Virus record (IMG/VR): IMGVR_UViG_3300042539_001740
Length of the DNA stretch: 64,000 nt
Origin: a virus
Taxonomy: Duplodnaviria; Caudoviricetes
Strand: one strand, 5' to 3'
This document shows positions 44,610-55,382 of this stretch, in pieces. Each line of letters starts with the position of its first letter. Position 1 is the stretch's first letter. The notes below the pieces were generated by a model that ran no database searches, was not told the DNA's origin, and saw only the letters and a program-made list of their open reading frames with translations. The position numbers and the translations under genes are program-made.

Positions 44610-45335
44610 TTAAAATTCTTTTAACATTTCTTTTATACTTGGGTACATAGTGAAATTTTGGGAATCCTCATTTATTTCTTCCTTAGCATCCATCAAAATT
44701 ATTCCCCTTGCTGCATCTTCAGGAGTCATATACATATGATAACCAAACATTTTTATATGTTCACTATTTGTGTAAGGTGTGGTCAAATCTCTACCATCAT
44801 AAGAGGAAAGTTTTAACCATTTGTAGGCTTGCTCGTCATTTGTTAGTATCATTCCACCTTTACCAATCGGAATTATCTTTTTAATTTGAAAAGATAAAAC
44901 TTGTAGTGCATCTCCACCAACAAACATATTTTTAGTGAATCTACCTGCCCCATCCCAAATTCTAGTATTTTTTAGTTGATAAATCCCTTTCCATTCTACA
45001 TCTTCAATTTCAAAATCTAAACCAGAATGTTTTATTTGCATAGGGACTGAAATATATGTCCTATCAGGTATTATTATTTTGTTTTTACCATCGAGTTCCC
45101 CAATGTGTTGTAGATACTTGAGACTTAAGAAAATACCATTGGAGCAACAATCTACACTCACAGCATATTTACAAGCAGAAAAGTCAGCTACTTTTTTCTC
45201 AAAAATATCGATTACTTCTCTTGGGTCACTCCATTCATAACCTAATTTTTTAATTAAATCCAATTCAGGTCTTTGTAGTTCTTTAGGTATCTTCCCCAAA
45301 GGCCAAACATTATACTTATATTTGTTTTCACTCAT
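44610..45335 (-). CDS. Short DegT/DnrJ/EryC1/StrS PLP aminotransferase
   Basis: AVSVDCCSNG, LSFQIKKIIPIGKGGMILTND. Confidence 0.85.
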   Translation of the reverse strand: MSENKYKYNVWPLGKIPKELQRPELDLIKKLGYEWSDPREVIDIFEKKVADFSACKYAVSVDCCSNGIFLSLKYLQHIGELDGKNKIIIPDRTYISVPMQIKHSGLDFEIEDVEWKGIYQLKNTRIWDGAGRFTKNMFVGGDALQVLSFQIKKIIPIGKGGMILTNDEQAYKWLKLSSYDGRDLTTPYTNSEHIKMFGYHMYMTPEDAARGIILMDAKEEINEDSQNFTMYPSIKEMLKEF

Positions 45336-45855
45336 TATTATATCCCATTTTTTTTGCGTTTTCTATTATTTTTGTAGGATTTATTTTTTTTACTAATTTA
45401 GCTGGATTACCCTTATAAACACCCCATTCTTCAGTATCTCCCATCAATAAACTACCGGCAGTTAACAAAACACCTTTTCTTAATATTGTTCCAGGTAAAA
45501 CAATTGCGTTAGTACCTATGTTTGAAAATTCCTCCATAATTACAGGTTTTGTTATTTGGTTACCTTTCAATTCTTTCGGGATTAGTACACCAAATAGTCC
45601 ACTTTCATCAAATCTGTCTGATGAACAAATTATCCTTACACCAGCCATAATATTATTAAATCCTTTTACAATGAACTCACTATTTATACCACCTATACAA
45701 GTGACATAGGGTGATATATGAATATAATTACCTAAGGTCAATGAAGTTGTACAATAGAATCCTTTATCAATTGCAATATGATTACCCATTTTCACAAGGT
45801 GAGGACGTTTTATTACAACCCCATCTTCTATTATAACATCTTGCCCTATTATCAT
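45328..45855 (-). CDS. Hexapeptide-repeat sugar O/N-acyltransferase (likely start ATG 45855)
   Basis: Left-handed beta-helix repeats, IGTNAIVLPG, GNPAKLVK; ATGA overlap upstream. Confidence 0.85.
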   Translation of the reverse strand: MIIGQDVIIEDGVVIKRPHLVKMGNHIAIDKGFYCTTSLTLGNYIHISPYVTCIGGINSEFIVKGFNNIMAGVRIICSSDRFDESGLFGVLIPKELKGNQITKPVIMEEFSNIGTNAIVLPGTILRKGVLLTAGSLLMGDTEEWGVYKGNPAKLVKKINPTKIIENAKKMGYNNE

Positions 45856-46364
45856 TTCCAACCTGTTAATTGTAATGTATATCGCATATCTTGTCCAATA
45901 TTTGCCGCCATATGTTTTGTATTTCCATACCATGCCACAAAAGTACCTGCTTTATAGTTAAAAAAAGGTTGACCATCAACTTCAAAATAGTGTCCACTTT
46001 TCCAATCCTCCAAAAAGATTAAAACTCTATGGATTTGATTTAATTCCAAATTGAATTTTTTTCTATACACATTATAGTGGTCACTATGTGTGGGTAATAT
46101 AACCCCTGTTTCCATACGATAATAACAAACACCAATGTCTTTTAGACCAAGATTTTCTTCTACATATTTTACAAACTTATCTGTCCAAATTGGATGGTTC
46201 TCGCCAAATGGACACATCATGCCTGAAAATAACTCAACATCTTGTTTATATCCTAAATTACGCCAATTTTCGATATCACTTTGGTTGTTAAAAATTTCTC
46301 GTTTATAATTTAAATTTTTAAATTCGTCATCCCAAAATTTTTCTATTTTACCTTGACTCCACAT
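45852..46364 (-). CDS. 2OG-Fe(II) oxygenase-like hydroxylase
   Basis: PTHSD (HxD), distal KHMAAN, RYTLQLTG. Confidence 0.75.
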   Translation of the reverse strand: MWSQGKIEKFWDDEFKNLNYKREIFNNQSDIENWRNLGYKQDVELFSGMMCPFGENHPIWTDKFVKYVEENLGLKDIGVCYYRMETGVILPTHSDHYNVYRKKFNLELNQIHRVLIFLEDWKSGHYFEVDGQPFFNYKAGTFVAWYGNTKHMAANIGQDMRYTLQLTGWK

Positions 46365-46378
46365 ATTTTTATAATTTT

Positions 46379-47620
46379 TTAAGAAATTCCGATTTTTATT
46401 ATTTCGACTTCATTTTGTTCTTTCATAAATCTCCATGGGTCAATAACTATTGAACCTGATGGAAACTGATAATCCAAAAAAGCATCGTGATTCGTTCCTA
46501 TGAAAAATATTGATTTTTTATTGATTGGTGGTTCTTCTGAATCAATCCAAGGGTCAAACATTTCAACGATTATATTTTTTTCATCTAAAATATTCTTCAA
46601 AAGAATTGCTGTACTACCAACAATCAAGTTTGTTTCCTTTTTGAAAGTTTTTCCCAATATTACTATTGGTAAATTATGTTGATTTCTTTTTTCAATAAGT
46701 AAATCAGCTAACCATTCTGTTTGTTTTTCTCTACATTCCATCAAATTACTATACCAGTCAAAACTCAGATTTTCTTTTTGTGCTAACCAAGAAAGAGCTA
46801 TGTTGTCTCTTGGATGGCAACCACCACCATCCCCCATACCACCTAAAAGGTATTTTGTACTTATTAATCTTTGGTTGGCCATAAATAGACCTTTCATTAC
46901 ATTGTCACAATTTATGTTGTTTAATTTGTGTGATAACTCCATAATTGTGTTAGCCAAACAAATTTTCATAGTGATGTACGTATTATAACTTACTTTTATC
47001 ATTTCAGCTTCCTCTATAGTACATTTATAAATTGGTTTATTATGTAATGTTGAATAAAAGTTTGTTACTACATTGTAAGCATTTTCATCATCAACACCAA
47101 ACAAAACAAATTCAGGGTTCATAAAATCATTTATAGTTGTTCCCATAGCAATAAAAAATGGGTTGTAACATAATTTAAGTTTATCACATAATAATGGTTT
47201 TATTTGATTTCTAATCGTTCCTGGTAAAACTGTTGAAATAATTACAACTATTTTTTCGTTTGGTTGATTGTCTATTTCCTTGGAAAGGTTTTTCATACCC
47301 TCAATCAAAAAAGAATAGTCAAAATCCACTCTTTCTTCAGGAATTCTGGTAACTCCCTCATATTTTTCATTATGTGGGGTTTGAATTGGTACAAATATAA
47401 TATCTGAATTATTTACTACTTGAGAGATATCAGACCATATAATACTATGAGTATCCAAAAGTTCTTGGGCGCCCTCCTCTCTATAAGGTAATTTTTTTTC
47501 ATCAAGAATTTTTTTAACTTTTTTATCTATATCAAAACCATAAATTTTATGTCCTTTTTTTTCGATAGCTAAAGCACAAGGTAATCCTAACTTACCCAAA
47601 CCTAAAAAACCTATATTCAT
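46379..47620 (-). CDS. UDP-glucose/GDP-mannose dehydrogenase family
   Basis: GLGKLG, VPIQTP, YNPFF, GDGGGCHPRD, GKTFK. Confidence 0.9.
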   Translation of the reverse strand: MNIGFLGLGKLGLPCALAIEKKGHKIYGFDIDKKVKKILDEKKLPYREEGAQELLDTHSIIWSDISQVVNNSDIIFVPIQTPHNEKYEGVTRIPEERVDFDYSFLIEGMKNLSKEIDNQPNEKIVVIISTVLPGTIRNQIKPLLCDKLKLCYNPFFIAMGTTINDFMNPEFVLFGVDDENAYNVVTNFYSTLHNKPIYKCTIEEAEMIKVSYNTYITMKICLANTIMELSHKLNNINCDNVMKGLFMANQRLISTKYLLGGMGDGGGCHPRDNIALSWLAQKENLSFDWYSNLMECREKQTEWLADLLIEKRNQHNLPIVILGKTFKKETNLIVGSTAILLKNILDEKNIIVEMFDPWIDSEEPPINKKSIFFIGTNHDAFLDYQFPSGSIVIDPWRFMKEQNEVEIIKIGIS

Positions 47621-49356
47621 TAATCAATTATTTTTTTTTGATACATTGGTATTGGTATCATTTTATGTTTATTTTTTTTGTTCAAATCTCTAAATATTTC
47701 TAAAGTATTTTTTTCATCAAATGACAAGTTTGTTTCATCGCCATGAAAATTCATTGCCCATTCTAATTTAGAATATGTTGTACCAATTTGTTCCTCATCA
47801 GTTCTGTTATCTTCCCACAAACCATCGGTGGGACTTGTATAGATAATATTTTTATTAATTTCAAGTTTTTTTGCAATTTCAATCACTTCAGTTTTGGTTA
47901 AGTCAGCTATTGGTGAAATATCAACACCACCATCACCATATTTTGTGAAAAAACCAATACCAAAATCTTCGATTTTATTACCAGTTCCAACAACTATACT
48001 ATTCAAATTACTAGCTATGTGATATAAAGTAACCATCCTTAATCGTGATTTTGTGTTAGCTAAAGATAAACTTTTAGTAAAGTTATTATTTATATTTACG
48101 TCATCTAAAAAAGTTTTATAAACAGATGTTAAGTCGATTTCCAAACTTTCAACATTTTTATAATTTTCTTTTAACCAAGAAATATGTTTTCGAGCTAATG
48201 AAAGTTGTTCTTCATTTCTATTAATTGGTAACGAAACTACGTAGGTTTTAAGTCCCGTAAGAGCACACAATGTAGATGTAACAGCAGAATCCACACCACC
48301 AGAAATGCCAATAACTAAAGACATATTAATATTTGTAGCGTAGTTTTTAATCCACTCAATGATTTCTAAATATTCAAACTCACTCAAAATTTTGTTGTAA
48401 ATTTTTTTTATATCTAATTTATTTAAATCAAAATTATTAATTTTCTCAAAAATGTGAATATTTGATTCTAAAAATTCTTTTGTAATTGTATTATAACTAT
48501 CAACTAATAATACTGGTATATTTTGAAATAGCTCCTCGAAATTTTTATTTTTAATAAGTACTGGTACGCGTTTCATATAAATTGTTTCCCAAACTCTATA
48601 ACAATCACAATTTTTAGCATTACCATCAACAGAAAGTACATAAAAGGATTTTTTAATTTCTTCTAAATAATTTTTATAATCGTCATCACCAATTGATTTT
48701 GGTGTTTGGATGTCACACCAATCAAATTGTTTGAAATAATTATTAACTTGGTTTCTAAAAATATTAGACCCAATACTATGGTTGATGTATAACAAGTTTT
48801 GTGGAGACTCAACTTTATTAATATATTCCTCTATTATATTTAATCTGTTGTCATTTTGTGATACTTTTCTTGGTAGCCCAAATGGGAATGGTCTTACAAT
48901 TTCATTTATATGAATATTCGCTGATGAAACATAAATTTTTAAAACATTCTTAGGTATTCTTTCAAATATTTCTTCATCTATATTTGTATCATCTAAACCA
49001 GTAAAAATTATAAAGTTTAAATAATCAAGTTCTTGACATAATTTTAACAAGTCTTGATTAAAAAAGTTATTGTATAATTCTAATTTTTTCGATTTGTGTT
49101 CTTCAAAATTGTTGTTTGGAAATTCTTCCATATTTGTAAAAATAGAAGATATATTTTTTTGTCTTTTATATAACCTTAAATTATCGATAAATAAAGTTAT
49201 ATTCTTTCTACCCTCTTTTTTCCAATCTTCACATTTTTGTAAAAATTCCAAATTATGTTCGTTAGCTATTTTAAGTTCCCATATATCTATACTTGTATGT
49301 GAACCAAAACAATAGTCACAAATTTCCATCAATTTAGTTGGAGAAAATAAATTCAT
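47620..49356 (-). CDS. nadE: Fusion: exostosin/GT47-like domain + NH3-dependent NAD+ synthetase
   Basis: C-terminal GISGGVDSA, NTKSRLRM, GTGNKIE, TKYGDGG, PTDGLW; N-terminal domain paralogous to 49334-50272 (CYRVWETIYMKRVPV). Confidence 0.85.
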   Translation of the reverse strand: MNLFSPTKLMEICDYCFGSHTSIDIWELKIANEHNLEFLQKCEDWKKEGRKNITLFIDNLRLYKRQKNISSIFTNMEEFPNNNFEEHKSKKLELYNNFFNQDLLKLCQELDYLNFIIFTGLDDTNIDEEIFERIPKNVLKIYVSSANIHINEIVRPFPFGLPRKVSQNDNRLNIIEEYINKVESPQNLLYINHSIGSNIFRNQVNNYFKQFDWCDIQTPKSIGDDDYKNYLEEIKKSFYVLSVDGNAKNCDCYRVWETIYMKRVPVLIKNKNFEELFQNIPVLLVDSYNTITKEFLESNIHIFEKINNFDLNKLDIKKIYNKILSEFEYLEIIEWIKNYATNINMSLVIGISGGVDSAVTSTLCALTGLKTYVVSLPINRNEEQLSLARKHISWLKENYKNVESLEIDLTSVYKTFLDDVNINNNFTKSLSLANTKSRLRMVTLYHIASNLNSIVVGTGNKIEDFGIGFFTKYGDGGVDISPIADLTKTEVIEIAKKLEINKNIIYTSPTDGLWEDNRTDEEQIGTTYSKLEWAMNFHGDETNLSFDEKNTLEIFRDLNKKNKHKMIPIPMYQKKIID

Positions 49357-50272
49357 ATTTTAAATTGTTTAAATCAAAATTGGACATCTCATCAAATAGA
49401 TGTGAATTATCTAAAAGTAGTTTTTCAGTCACTTCAGAAAAATCTTTCACAAAAAGTACTGGAATATCTTTGTAAATTTCTCTTAAATAACTTGTATCAA
49501 GAACTATTGGTACCCTTTTCATATATATTGTTTCCCAATCTCTGTGACAATCACAACCTATTGCGTTACCATCAGGACAAAATACAAATTTGTGTTTTTT
49601 TAAATTAATTAAATAATTAGAATAATTTAATTTGTTAATTTCTATCGTTACCCAACTTTCATTTCGAAAAGAATCAATTATTTTTTTTCTATTTGGGTTA
49701 GTTATTGAAAAATTTAAATAAGCTAATTTCGTTGGGGTGATTTCAACATTGATTGTTTGTTTAAGAATTTCATGATTATTGTCAAATTGATTTAATTTCC
49801 TTTTTATACCATAAGGTATGGGTACTACTTTTCCACCAAAGGATATTGCATTAGAAGCATAAATTTTTAACACATTTTCTGGAATTTTATCAAAAATTTC
49901 ATCATCTATTGGTGTGTCCTCAAACCCTGTGTAAATTATAAAATTCATATTTTTTATTTGTCCACAAAGGAACAACAAATCATTTTTTAAAAAAAAATCT
50001 GCAACAACTTTATCTTTATAGATGCGTAATTGTTCATTGTTCAATTCACCAGCTGTGTATTTTATACCATCTCTCTTGTACAATCGTATGTTGTCTATAA
50101 ATAAAGTCATATGTTTTTTTCCTTGTTTGATACACTCATCGACTTTATTTAAAAACTCAAAATTTGACAAATTTGCATCTTTTATTGACACTAAACCATT
50201 TTGATATCCTGATTGGTCACCGAATGAATAATCACAATTAATATGAAAAAAAGTGGGTTCTAGTAACTTCAT
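49334..50272 (-). CDS. Exostosin/GT47-like glycosyltransferase
   Basis: KFVFCPDGNAIGCDCHRDWETIYMKRVPIV. Confidence 0.75.
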   Translation of the reverse strand: MKLLEPTFFHINCDYSFGDQSGYQNGLVSIKDANLSNFEFLNKVDECIKQGKKHMTLFIDNIRLYKRDGIKYTAGELNNEQLRIYKDKVVADFFLKNDLLFLCGQIKNMNFIIYTGFEDTPIDDEIFDKIPENVLKIYASNAISFGGKVVPIPYGIKRKLNQFDNNHEILKQTINVEITPTKLAYLNFSITNPNRKKIIDSFRNESWVTIEINKLNYSNYLINLKKHKFVFCPDGNAIGCDCHRDWETIYMKRVPIVLDTSYLREIYKDIPVLFVKDFSEVTEKLLLDNSHLFDEMSNFDLNNLKYEFIFSN

Positions 50273-52833
50273 TTAAACAATTCTTTTTTATGTAAATCCA
50301 TTATGGAAATAAATTTAACCCCCATTTCCACTAAATCTTGGTTATTTTTTAATATTTCATCAAAAAAATTCCAAGCCATAACAACCACTAAATCAGGTTT
50401 ATCTGTCTTAAGTTCATTGATACTTTTTATTGGAACTCGAATTCCAGGTATAATTTTGTTAACTTTAAGTTTGTTATCTTCGACAATATAATCTAAGTAA
50501 GTTGAATCAATTCCAAAATAGTTTAAACTTGTGGTAGCTTTAGCTGGTGAACCATAACCAACAATTTTATTATATTTGTTTCTCAACTTATTAAAATTTT
50601 CTCTGACATTTGTTCTTATTTCAGAAACCTTGACCTCAAAATTTTTATAAATTGTTTTATTTTGGATTCCAAAGTCTTGTTCCAACTTTATAAATTTTTC
50701 TACAGAAAAATCTTTGTTGTTGTTTTTACCTACATACACCCTAATAGAACCACCATGTGTATTAATTTCCTCTACCCTGTTAAGAAATAAACCAAACCTA
50801 TCAAAGAATTTAATTAGAGAAGTAATAGTCCAATAGTTTACATGTTCATGATATATATTGTCAAATGTTAGGTCTTCCATTGTTTTAATGAAGTATTGTA
50901 CTTCAACTATAAAGGTACCATCACTCTTTAATATTTTTTTGACACCATTTACAATGTCATCCAATTCATCACTATGTGCAAAAACATTTGATGCTGTAAC
51001 GAGAGACACTTTTCCAAAATTTTCTAAAATTGTATTTACAACATTTGAATTAAAAAAATCATTTATTGTATATATACCATTATCGTTACATAGTTTAGCC
51101 AAGTTTGTTGCAGGTTCAATACCAATAACTTTTATACCCATTTCTTTCAAAGGACTTAAGAAGACACCATCATTTGAACCAATATCAACAACAATAGAAT
51201 CTGAATTTAATTTAAAGTCTTGGACATATTGTTTTGCTGCATTTTGAAAATGTTTTTTGAAGGTTTGTGTTGTTGACGAAGTATACAAGTAGTTACTAAA
51301 CATTTCTGTTGGAGGGGCAACAATAGATAATTGTACATTTTCACACTTGTTACAATGTTTTATTTCAAGAGGATATAGTTTTTCAATGTCTGATTCTGAA
51401 CTTAATAAGTTATTTGCCAAAGGAGAAAGTCCTAAAGACAAAACATCATTTAGTTTTTGATTATTACAGACTCTACATTGATACTTGTAGTTAGATACGA
51501 TTATTTCTTTTAACTTTTCATCCACTAAAATATAAGGTATAGTATGAGTGATACCATAATTTTCATGCTCTCTTTCACCTCGAACTAAATTTAAAAAAAC
51601 AGAATCCTCTAAAAAAACCATTGTATGTGCAACATTTGGTCGAATTACTGATAAGTCACCAGCATTAACGATTCTAGTTTCGATTACTGAATTTGAATCA
51701 GCTAAGTCTTTGGTTACACTTACATATTTACCTGAGATTAATAAACATTTTTGTTCTTGAATTGGATGGTAATGATTTGCACGAATTGTATTAGCTTTGG
51801 ATTCTATATAACCAATTAAATTAATTGGTTCAGTCAATTCATAGTTTAAAATTCTTCCTCTACTATCAACAAATTCTTTGTTTCCTTCGATGAAATATTC
51901 TAACTCTTGAACTGGTTTCTTTTCACTCCAGTTGGTTACCATTTCATCTATTGAGTTTTCAATATTGTAAAGAAAATTAAATCCCTTTGATAAAAGTTTT
52001 TTATTGGAAAGTGTATATCCCAAATTAGGGATTTCATCGTTTGTTTCTAAAATATTAACTTTAGGGTTTATTTTTTTACAAATTTCGGCGACCTCCTTTA
52101 TAGTTAAGTTTTCGTTAGTTATATGAAAAATTTCTTTGTTCATTTCCGATTCTGCTAAAAATTTCATACTTCTCACAACATCTAATATGTTAACTAAACT
52201 TTTGTATTGAACTCCACCAGAAAACAATTTAATTGTCCCATTAGATGAGGTAATTTTAGAAAAAAGATTTGGCATAATGTTTATCCTCATCGTATCGGTA
52301 GAATAACCATAAACAGTACCTAATCTTAAAATAAGATAGTTTAAATCAGAATTAATAATATCTTGTTCAGACTCATATTTACCTTTGGCATATGATAACA
52401 TAGGACAAGGTGGGAATTCTTCAGAAATCTCAAATTTTGTTTCAGTTAAGCCCTCATATACAACATGTGTAGAAGGGAACACCAACTTTGTACTATTGGA
52501 CAAGTTTTTGAGTAGAACTTTTGTTGCATCAACACCATTTCTTTTAATTGTTAAATCTTTTTCGTCATTAGATTCAGTTTTAGTGTAGGCAACATCGGTT
52601 GTACCTGCCAAATGAAAAACAATATCACAATTTTCTAACAACCTTTTCATTGTATCAGTATCCGTAACATCACAATTAATGTAATTTATACCCCAATCTC
52701 GTAGTTGTTTAACTCTTTCGGAAATAAATCTGTTGTCAATAACAATAATTTCTTTGTATCTTGCTTCACCTGAGTATAATTTACAAAGTTCAGTTCCTAT
52801 GTAACCCAATCCACCTGTTATAATAATTTTCAT
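50269..52833 (-). CDS. Triple fusion: NDP-sugar epimerase/dehydratase + cupin + NDP-sugar C-methyltransferase
   Basis: TGGLGYIG and YxxxK (SDR); RANHYH and RPNVAH (cupin); CRVC...CNKC, DIGSNDG, YHEH, GYGSPAK (C-MT). Confidence 0.88.
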   Translation of the reverse strand: MKIIITGGLGYIGTELCKLYSGEARYKEIIVIDNRFISERVKQLRDWGINYINCDVTDTDTMKRLLENCDIVFHLAGTTDVAYTKTESNDEKDLTIKRNGVDATKVLLKNLSNSTKLVFPSTHVVYEGLTETKFEISEEFPPCPMLSYAKGKYESEQDIINSDLNYLILRLGTVYGYSTDTMRINIMPNLFSKITSSNGTIKLFSGGVQYKSLVNILDVVRSMKFLAESEMNKEIFHITNENLTIKEVAEICKKINPKVNILETNDEIPNLGYTLSNKKLLSKGFNFLYNIENSIDEMVTNWSEKKPVQELEYFIEGNKEFVDSRGRILNYELTEPINLIGYIESKANTIRANHYHPIQEQKCLLISGKYVSVTKDLADSNSVIETRIVNAGDLSVIRPNVAHTMVFLEDSVFLNLVRGEREHENYGITHTIPYILVDEKLKEIIVSNYKYQCRVCNNQKLNDVLSLGLSPLANNLLSSESDIEKLYPLEIKHCNKCENVQLSIVAPPTEMFSNYLYTSSTTQTFKKHFQNAAKQYVQDFKLNSDSIVVDIGSNDGVFLSPLKEMGIKVIGIEPATNLAKLCNDNGIYTINDFFNSNVVNTILENFGKVSLVTASNVFAHSDELDDIVNGVKKILKSDGTFIVEVQYFIKTMEDLTFDNIYHEHVNYWTITSLIKFFDRFGLFLNRVEEINTHGGSIRVYVGKNNNKDFSVEKFIKLEQDFGIQNKTIYKNFEVKVSEIRTNVRENFNKLRNKYNKIVGYGSPAKATTSLNYFGIDSTYLDYIVEDNKLKVNKIIPGIRVPIKSINELKTDKPDLVVVMAWNFFDEILKNNQDLVEMGVKFISIMDLHKKELFK

Positions 52834-52844
52834 TAGTTTTTTTT

Positions 52845-53741
52845 TTATTGTTTTATTAAATAATTATATTTTTCTTTGATTAAATCTAACATTTCTGTAG
52901 GATATTGTGTCAAACTAGTTTCTTTCATTTTAGAAAAAAAGAACTCCTGAAATGGTTCAGAATACCCAAACCTATTGTAAACATCAACACCATTTTTGAT
53001 TTTTGTAGCAACATTGTTGAGGTAAAAATCATTATTAAATTCTTGATGTGCGTAGTTCTGAATTTTTGTTTTTACCCTTTCCACTCCACCCATAAAACTC
53101 AAGTGCCAACCACCATCGAATATCTTTTCAAAATTGACTCTTTTGTTCTTAAGATGGGTTAATGATACTTCTTTAGTGTCAGAAAATTTTACTATATAGT
53201 TTCCATACCAATTAGTATGAGCTAAAAGATTTATATAATAATAAAAACAATCTTGCATTAAACAATGATTGTATAAGTTATTTTCTCGTATTTTTTTAAC
53301 AATTTCAGGTTTTGGTATCTCATCTAAGTCTGAAATCATAATTAAGTCGTCATCCTCACAATCCATAAGACCAAACTTAATAAATTCTTTTTGGAGATAA
53401 TCTCGACAGAATGTTGGGTGTTTCTTCAATTCTCCTTCATTTTCTTCGATATCGTATCTTTCGGAAATTTTATTATACGTAAGTGTATATTTATCATTTC
53501 CTATCTTTGTTCCCATATTTAAAATGTCTTCAGGAAAATTATGTTTAATATGTATGATTTTGTCAGAAAATTTGTCAAACATACTTTTGTTTTCTTCAAA
53601 AAATAGTTTTTTGGGATTGTTAGCATGAGATTTAGTTGTTTCACTAATCACAAAATAATCAACAACATCGTACAAAAGTGTCAATCTAATTTCTAATAAA
53701 TCTAATTCATTGTAAAACTGAAAGCAATCGTATAATTTCAT
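52845..53741 (-). CDS. GT17-like glycosyltransferase
   Basis: YDCFQFYNELDLLEIRL, ISDLDEIP, GGWHLSF. Confidence 0.85.
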   Translation of the reverse strand: MKLYDCFQFYNELDLLEIRLTLLYDVVDYFVISETTKSHANNPKKLFFEENKSMFDKFSDKIIHIKHNFPEDILNMGTKIGNDKYTLTYNKISERYDIEENEGELKKHPTFCRDYLQKEFIKFGLMDCEDDDLIMISDLDEIPKPEIVKKIRENNLYNHCLMQDCFYYYINLLAHTNWYGNYIVKFSDTKEVSLTHLKNKRVNFEKIFDGGWHLSFMGGVERVKTKIQNYAHQEFNNDFYLNNVATKIKNGVDVYNRFGYSEPFQEFFFSKMKETSLTQYPTEMLDLIKEKYNYLIKQ

Positions 53742-54670
53742 TATAATAAGTTGTTTTCTTTATAAAAGTTTATTGCGTTATTTTTACATTCCTCATAATT
53801 GACCAAATCACCTTCCCTATTCATATAAGAAAAAAACTTAGAATACGAATCACCTAAAGACCAGTAACCATTACTTACATTATGTTTTGCCCAATAAATT
53901 GGTGCTATAGTTAACTTGGACTTAGTATTTAACCAAGCCGCCCACCAACTAAAACTAGAATTAGCGATTATCAAATATTTACTATTGTTTACCAAATAAA
54001 AGTCAAAACCAATATCAAAATGGTAACAAGGAAAATTACCTACGAACCCTTTTGCATAATTGGGGTCATCACTTACAATTATGAATTTCATATTTGGGTT
54101 TATTGTCAACATTTGATTAATTGAATCAGTCCAGTATTTTTTATTTGGTATTAAATTCATCACATTTTTATATTCCCCACCTCTAAAATTAATCACACAT
54201 AAATTATCATCAAGTACAATACCTAATTCTTTAAGTTTTTCGGTGTATGAATTTTCGTATTCATTTTTAAATTTGAACCAACTAATTACATCATTTCTTC
54301 TTTCTAAAAGATAATCTTCGGATTGACTAATAAGATGAACCATAGTATTATCACTAACATTCCATACATTTTCATCGTACATATTAATTAAACAACTATC
54401 ACCATTATAGATATGTTCTTTGTGAAAGTCATAATACTCATTCGGAATTCCTTGATACTTGTTTAGACCTCTTTCGTTTTTTCCATCAACAAAAACTTCT
54501 TTACCAAAATTAACATCTAAAAAGTAAAATTGATTCATACCATTGTAATAGTCGTGTGTTGGTTTCGGATTGACTCCCCATTCGTAGTTATTTTTTTCGG
54601 CAACTAAACGACATATGGTATAATACCACATATGATTTCCAAAATTTCCAGTCAAGTTTGTTGTTATCAT
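53741..54670 (-). CDS. GT11-like glycosyltransferase
   Basis: GNFGNHMWYY, INFRGGE, NSSFSWWAAWL. Confidence 0.82.
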   Translation of the reverse strand: MITTNLTGNFGNHMWYYTICRLVAEKNNYEWGVNPKPTHDYYNGMNQFYFLDVNFGKEVFVDGKNERGLNKYQGIPNEYYDFHKEHIYNGDSCLINMYDENVWNVSDNTMVHLISQSEDYLLERRNDVISWFKFKNEYENSYTEKLKELGIVLDDNLCVINFRGGEYKNVMNLIPNKKYWTDSINQMLTINPNMKFIIVSDDPNYAKGFVGNFPCYHFDIGFDFYLVNNSKYLIIANSSFSWWAAWLNTKSKLTIAPIYWAKHNVSNGYWSLGDSYSKFFSYMNREGDLVNYEECKNNAINFYKENNLL

Positions 54671-54708
54671 TAACCTATTTTATATATTTTTTTATTTTTG
54701 TTATTTTA

Positions 54709-55380
54709 TTAAAGTATGGTTTCGAAATTTTTGTTGAAGATATAACACTCTAACCTTTCAATTATCCAAGGACTATTTTCATTTTCTAAAAGAAACTCAA
54801 CAATTTTTTTATAGAATTCTTTACTCCTAACCCAAGCTTGTTCTTTTGTTATTACAAAATGTCCTCCTGGTATAAATTCGTATTGGTTTGGGGGTGTGTG
54901 TACATCTGAAAATAAAATTGACCAGTATTGGTTTACATTAATATTTGAACTTAAATCTTGGGGAAAACCATTAGATTGACAAGATAAAACAAATCCACCA
55001 CCAAATTGATTTGATGGATTCATTTTCCATGCCGTGCCGATATTGTTATTATGAAATCCAAAATACCCATCAATAATTAATGAAGCATTGTTATCTATTT
55101 CACTAATATCGGAATTCAAAACCTCTAATAAGTTACCCCAATGGTCAAATGGAAAATCTTGGACAAAAAAAGTATAATCCGACAAGTTTTCATAGTTCAA
55201 GTAAATGTGGTTAAAAAAAGTATGTACACATCTTCCTCTGTTTGGATTCAAACTGATTTCGTTTTTTTGAATCGGAACAACATTTCCTTTTCTATAAATC
55301 GTAATTTTTATTTCAGGACTAATTTCTTTAATCCAATCCAATGGTTTATCATATGCTGAAATAACTATCTCTTTTACCAT
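54709..55380 (-). CDS. DUF3431-like glycosylation-associated protein
   Basis: IVISAY, GRCVHTFFNHI, FFVQDFPFDH, GGHF, PWIIER. Confidence 0.7.
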   Translation of the reverse strand: MVKEIVISAYDKPLDWIKEISPEIKITIYRKGNVVPIQKNEISLNPNRGRCVHTFFNHIYLNYENLSDYTFFVQDFPFDHWGNLLEVLNSDISEIDNNASLIIDGYFGFHNNNIGTAWKMNPSNQFGGGFVLSCQSNGFPQDLSSNINVNQYWSILFSDVHTPPNQYEFIPGGHFVITKEQAWVRSKEFYKKIVEFLLENENSPWIIERLECYIFNKNFETIL

Positions 55381-55382
55381 TT

